64,000 nucleotides of DNA from IMG/VR virus record IMGVR_UViG_3300005613_000004; one strand, written 5' to 3'. Below are positions 59,673-64,000 of this stretch, piece by piece. The stretch is from a virus. The notes beneath the pieces are model-generated. The model searched no databases. It saw nothing but the letters and a program-made list of their open reading frames with translations, and was not told where the DNA came from. Position numbers and translations under genes: made by a program. How positions within the stretch are numbered: the stretch's first letter is position 1; every line of letters begins with the position of its first letter.

Positions 59673-61907
59673 ATGTCAACTCCGATTAGGATACGTAGGT
59701 CTGCTGTACCTAATAAAAAACCAACTACAGAACAACTTCAGTTAGGTGAATTGGCACTTAACTTTTATGATGGTAAAGTTTTTTTAAAACAGGATCAGGG
59801 GGGAGTTGGTGTTGGAACTAGAATCGTTTCAATTAATTCTAATGAGGTAGGAAATACTTTTTATGTTAACAAAGAAGGTGACGATAATGATACTGGACTA
59901 TCTCCAGACAGAGCATTTCTAACTATTAAAAAAGCAGCAGGAATTGCAACTATAAACGATGCCATTTATGTTGGTGCTGGTAGATATGTAGAAGATAATC
60001 CAATAGTTCTTGATGACTTTGTTACGATTATTGGTGGAGACATTCGTAACTGTGAGATTGAACCACAGAATCCAGAACATGATGTTATACAATTAGGTCA
60101 AGCAGGAACTGTTCAAGATTTATCATTTGTTGGTGTTGCAGATACTGGTTCTGGAGTCATTGCATATCGTCCATTAGTCGGTGTTGCATCTGATAGATTT
60201 TTTGACGCAGCAAGATTAATTCGTCAGAACTTAGATTTTATTGCACAAGAATCTGTGGGATATATTACAAGCACAGATTACAAAAATCCACCAATATCAA
60301 TTGATTCATCAAATTGTGCTGATGATATTAAAGATGTTTATCGTGCAGTATGTCATGATATTACACGAGGTGGAAACTCTAAATGTATTGGAGCAGGAAA
60401 ATCATACTTCGATATTAATGGAAATCTAGATCACATTGTGGGATTTGGTTCAACAACTATTGATACATTAAAATATTCTGTAGGTATTGCAAGATCATGT
60501 GTTAATAATATTTTATGGACCGGAAATTATCAATCTGCATTTACTCAAGTAAGGGATTTAAGTATTCAGGCGGATGGAGCAACAGGATCTAATTCGGATT
60601 ATAATTCTTGTGCCAATGTTCATTCTGCAATCAATTCTTGTGTTGGCATTGTAACTGGTATCATTCAGAATGGTATTGATGGATCACCTCCAACTTTAGG
60701 ATTTACAACAAATTATCCCGGTAATGATGGTGCTTCTCCCAATTCTGGTATTTTAACTTCTTCACTCAGTCCATCACAGGGTGTAGGAATTATTAGTAAA
60801 GGTCCTTATATTCGTAACTGTACTAATTTTATTAAGAATAGTATTGGATGTAAAATTGATGGATTTAATGCTGATGAAGGAGATAAAATAAACAATATTG
60901 GTGTTCAAGGTTCATTTAACGTTGATGCATTTACCCAATTCAATCAAAATGGTATTGGTGTATCAGTAACTAATGGTGCATATTGTCAATTAGTTTCTAT
61001 TTTTAGTATTTGTAATGATATAGCAATTTATGCAGGTAAAGGTGGACAGTGTGATTTGACAAATTCCAATTCATCTTTTGGAACTAGAGGATTAGTTGCT
61101 GAAGGTCTTGGTGATCAAACTAGTCAATGTACTGATCGGTATACGGGAGAAATTTCTACAGATGCTGATGAACTTACGAATGTTATAACAGTATCTGGTT
61201 TAGGAAATAATCGTCCATATCAGGGACAAGCATTGTATTTTGATAGGAAATATTTTGTCATCTCTGATATTAGAGTTACAAATGGTGGTTCTGGATATGA
61301 TGAAGATAATCCACCCGTTGTCACCATTGATGATCCGACAGGACCCGGACTTGCGATTCCTTCGCAAGCAACTACAACTGTTGAAAATGGATCTGTATCT
61401 GTAATTACAGTTTTTGGTGGTGGATCACAATTTGAAACCACACCCACAGTCACTATTGCACCACCAACCAGTGGAGTTCAGGCAACTGCTGTAGCTGATA
61501 TGGAAGCAATTTACTATGGTATTATTGAAGCAACAGAACCTGTTGCAGGAGTTTCAACAATCAGTTTAATTCAAAACCTAAATAACGATGTTAGTGTTGG
61601 TACAACAGTATATTTTTCCAAACAAAGTTTCCAAATTGTAAGTTCACATTCCTTTCAATACATTGGTGCGGGGAATACTATTGAATCTGCATATCCCTCT
61701 AGGGGTGGAGTGACAATTCAAGATAATGAGGTTATAAAACTTGATGGTGGTGAGATTACTTATACAAGCACTGATCAAGCAGGTAATTTTAGAATTGGTG
61801 ATGGTGTTGAAATTAATCAATCAACTGGTACAGTGACTGGAAACATTTATATTAAGAGTTTATTCACACAAGTCACACCATTCATTCTTGCATTAGGAGG
61901 AGAATAA
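59673..61907 (+). CDS. tail-fibre/baseplate-associated virion protein
   Basis: IRIRRSAVPNKKP..LGELALN, AFLTIKKAA, GSGYDEDNPPVVTI, FRIGDGVEINQSTG; TATAAATA ~59615. Confidence 0.75.
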   Translation: MSTPIRIRRSAVPNKKPTTEQLQLGELALNFYDGKVFLKQDQGGVGVGTRIVSINSNEVGNTFYVNKEGDDNDTGLSPDRAFLTIKKAAGIATINDAIYVGAGRYVEDNPIVLDDFVTIIGGDIRNCEIEPQNPEHDVIQLGQAGTVQDLSFVGVADTGSGVIAYRPLVGVASDRFFDAARLIRQNLDFIAQESVGYITSTDYKNPPISIDSSNCADDIKDVYRAVCHDITRGGNSKCIGAGKSYFDINGNLDHIVGFGSTTIDTLKYSVGIARSCVNNILWTGNYQSAFTQVRDLSIQADGATGSNSDYNSCANVHSAINSCVGIVTGIIQNGIDGSPPTLGFTTNYPGNDGASPNSGILTSSLSPSQGVGIISKGPYIRNCTNFIKNSIGCKIDGFNADEGDKINNIGVQGSFNVDAFTQFNQNGIGVSVTNGAYCQLVSIFSICNDIAIYAGKGGQCDLTNSNSSFGTRGLVAEGLGDQTSQCTDRYTGEISTDADELTNVITVSGLGNNRPYQGQALYFDRKYFVISDIRVTNGGSGYDEDNPPVVTIDDPTGPGLAIPSQATTTVENGSVSVITVFGGGSQFETTPTVTIAPPTSGVQATAVADMEAIYYGIIEATEPVAGVSTISLIQNLNNDVSVGTTVYFSKQSFQIVSSHSFQYIGAGNTIESAYPSRGGVTIQDNEVIKLDGGEITYTSTDQAGNFRIGDGVEINQSTGTVTGNIYIKSLFTQVTPFILALGGE

Positions 61908-61911
61908 TCAA

Positions 61912-62253
61912 ATGGCAGTAGCAAATGCACCAGTCAATCTATTTAAAACAATTACAACTGAAGTTGGAATAACTACCGTAGGAATTTACACTGCTCCTAT
62001 TGCTTATACCGGTGTTATTCTTTTGGCGCAAGTTACAAATACGGCAACAGAAACACAAACAGTTGGTTTTGGTTATCGTAGAAATGGAGTAGATACACCA
62101 ATTGTTGATGGATTACCTATTCCATCTAATGATACTGCAAACCTTCTTGCGGGAAAATTGGTTATTGAAACTGGTGATACTTTGACAATGGTTGGAAGTA
62201 CTTCCACAGGTCTGAAATATATTTCAAGTATTCTTGAAACATCAAATCTCTAA
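61912..62253 (+). CDS. small virion structural protein
   Basis: NLFKTIT...IYTAP..YTGVILLAQVTN; SILETSN. Confidence 0.7.
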   Translation: MAVANAPVNLFKTITTEVGITTVGIYTAPIAYTGVILLAQVTNTATETQTVGFGYRRNGVDTPIVDGLPIPSNDTANLLAGKLVIETGDTLTMVGSTSTGLKYISSILETSNL

Positions 62254-62267
62254 TTTTTTAAAGACAA

Positions 62268-64000
62268 ATGGTTGCACCGATTAGATATCTTAGTCGTAGA
62301 GTACAAGAACAAAAAATTGGTATTCTGCAAAGCACAGAAGATGAAAAAGTATTAGAAGTTATTGGACGTGTTGGTATTGGTTCAACTGTTTTTGATACTG
62401 ATTATAATTTAGATGTTAGAGGATCTACAAATGTTGCAGATTCTTTAATAGTTGGTAGTGACTTAAATGTATCTGGAGTATCTACATTCACTGGTGCTGC
62501 TGACTTTGATGGTGATGTTGATATTGATGGTCATACTGAGTTAGATGACTTAAATGTATCTGGAGTATCTACATTCACTGGTGCTGCTGACTTTGATGGT
62601 GATGTTGATATTGATGGTCATACTGAGTTAGATGACTTAAATGTATCTGGAGTATCAACATTTACTGGTAATGCTGACTTTGATGGTGATTTAGATGTTG
62701 ATGGTCATACTGAGTTAGATGACTTAAATGTATCTGGAGTATCTACATTTAGTTCAGATATCTATGTTGGTTCGGAACTTTATGATGGAAATAACCTTAG
62801 TGGTAATTTCAATCAAGTATTATCATCAACAGGTATAGGAGTATCTTGGATAACACCTATAAATACTCCTTCTGGTAGAGAAATTTTATCACAAGAACTA
62901 TCAACACCCTATTACATTACCGCTTCGGATGTAACTAGTGGTGTATCGACTGCTTCATTCATTGATACTACTATTGTTGCTAAGGATGGTAAAATTGGTA
63001 TTGGAACTGACGATCCCTCACAAAAATTAAATGTTAATGGTGATATTCGTATTGAAGGAAATGGAAGTATTGCTAACATTTATGGACCACAAAATATTTT
63101 TATCGATCCTGACCCAGCTGGTATAGGAACCACCAGTGGCATCGTAAGAATTAAAGGTGATCTTTATGTTGATGGTACTAATTTTATTGTAGATTCTGAA
63201 AATATAACTCTTGCCGACTTTGTTGTTGGTATTGCATCAACAGTTCCCAGTGATATTCTTCTTGATGGTGCTGGTATTGGAATCGGATCTACAAATCCAA
63301 GCACCGGAGAACATTATCATACATTTCTTTATGAATATAATGGTGGAACTGATTCATCATTTAAGTCTAGTGAAAACTTAAATGTTCCCAGTGGTAAGCA
63401 TTATCAAATTGCAGAAACAGAAAGACTTTCTGCCAATACTTTAAGTTTGGGGACAGGAACAACAATACATTCTCCTGATACCAATGTATTAACTTTTGGA
63501 ACTGCTAATAATGAAAGAGTTCGTGTAACTTCTACTGGTAATATTGGTATTAATAGTACATTACCAACAAGACTTTTGGATGTCAATGGTGATGTGAGGC
63601 TTGGAGATAAAATATTTGATAGTGTTGGTAGTGCAGGAACTTCTAATTATGTTTTAGCATCTAATGGTTCTGGATCATCATGGAGTTGGCAACTTGTAAC
63701 AGATTTGGGTGCTCTTGATGCAATTCGTGTCAAGCAAGATGGGAATAATGTTGGTGTTGCTGGAACAAATGATACATTAGACTTTTATGAAAATTTTTCA
63801 TTAACACAACCATCTGCTGGTATTGCTTCTATTCGTTTATCAGAATACATTAATATTACTGGAATCAATACATTGAGTGGCAATCTTGGTATTGGAACTA
63901 CAAATCCAAATGTAAAACTACAAATTAATGGTGTTCTTGGATTTGGAACTGCTTATGATGGGGATGAAGAAGTTACTTATACGAATATAAGAATTGGAGA
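62268..64000 (+). CDS. long tail-fibre protein, truncated by the window end (not in ORF track)
   Basis: ATG 62268 opens MVAPIRYLSRRVQEQKIG...; GRVGIGST, GKIGIGTDDP, GNIGINST repeats. Confidence 0.85.
   Translation, partial: MVAPIRYLSRRVQEQKIGILQSTEDEKVLEVIGRVGIGSTVFDTDYNLDVRGSTNVADSLIVGSDLNVSGVSTFTGAADFDGDVDIDGHTELDDLNVSGVSTFTGAADFDGDVDIDGHTELDDLNVSGVSTFTGNADFDGDLDVDGHTELDDLNVSGVSTFSSDIYVGSELYDGNNLSGNFNQVLSSTGIGVSWITPINTPSGREILSQELSTPYYITASDVTSGVSTASFIDTTIVAKDGKIGIGTDDPSQKLNVNGDIRIEGNGSIANIYGPQNIFIDPDPAGIGTTSGIVRIKGDLYVDGTNFIVDSENITLADFVVGIASTVPSDILLDGAGIGIGSTNPSTGEHYHTFLYEYNGGTDSSFKSSENLNVPSGKHYQIAETERLSANTLSLGTGTTIHSPDTNVLTFGTANNERVRVTSTGNIGINSTLPTRLLDVNGDVRLGDKIFDSVGSAGTSNYVLASNGSGSSWSWQLVTDLGALDAIRVKQDGNNVGVAGTNDTLDFYENFSLTQPSAGIASIRLSEYINITGINTLSGNLGIGTTNPNVKLQINGVLGFGTAYDGDEEVTYTNIRIG
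62460..62749 (+). repeat. 87-nt (29-aa) tandem repeat, 3 full copies plus a partial
   Basis: DLNVSGVSTFTGAADFDGDVDIDGHTELD units start at 62460, 62547, 62634, 62721. Confidence 0.95.

Overview
A 64-kb segment of a T4-like cyanobacterial myovirus (Kyanoviridae-type, probably infecting Synechococcus), almost entirely on the + strand. In order: putative head-internal proteins and a HIGH-type nucleotidyltransferase; primase, nrdA and nrdB; a lysozyme and small ORFs; the only minus-strand operon; five tRNAs and two outer-membrane beta-barrel genes; a wcaG/manA-like RNA leading a ~13-kb nucleotide-sugar/glycosyltransferase island; hli and petF; a tail-fibre block; psbA split by a 265-nt group I intron; talC; psbD with a divergent C-terminus next to a free-standing HNH-type endonuclease; six ~58-bp promoter/terminator repeats delimiting gene cassettes; an HNH gene and more tail-fibre genes running off the window. 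The cassettes carry a RimK-like ligase, an MvaI/BcnI-type restriction-modification pair, a late internal-protein gene and an ATP-grasp/methyltransferase/GNAT-like/desaturase cluster. The strongest leads are the cassette array (one copy has swapped its early -10 for a T4 late promoter), its R-M and biosynthetic cargo, and the signs of homing-endonuclease pressure on psbA and psbD. All assignments come from motif reading and recalled family knowledge; no searches were run.
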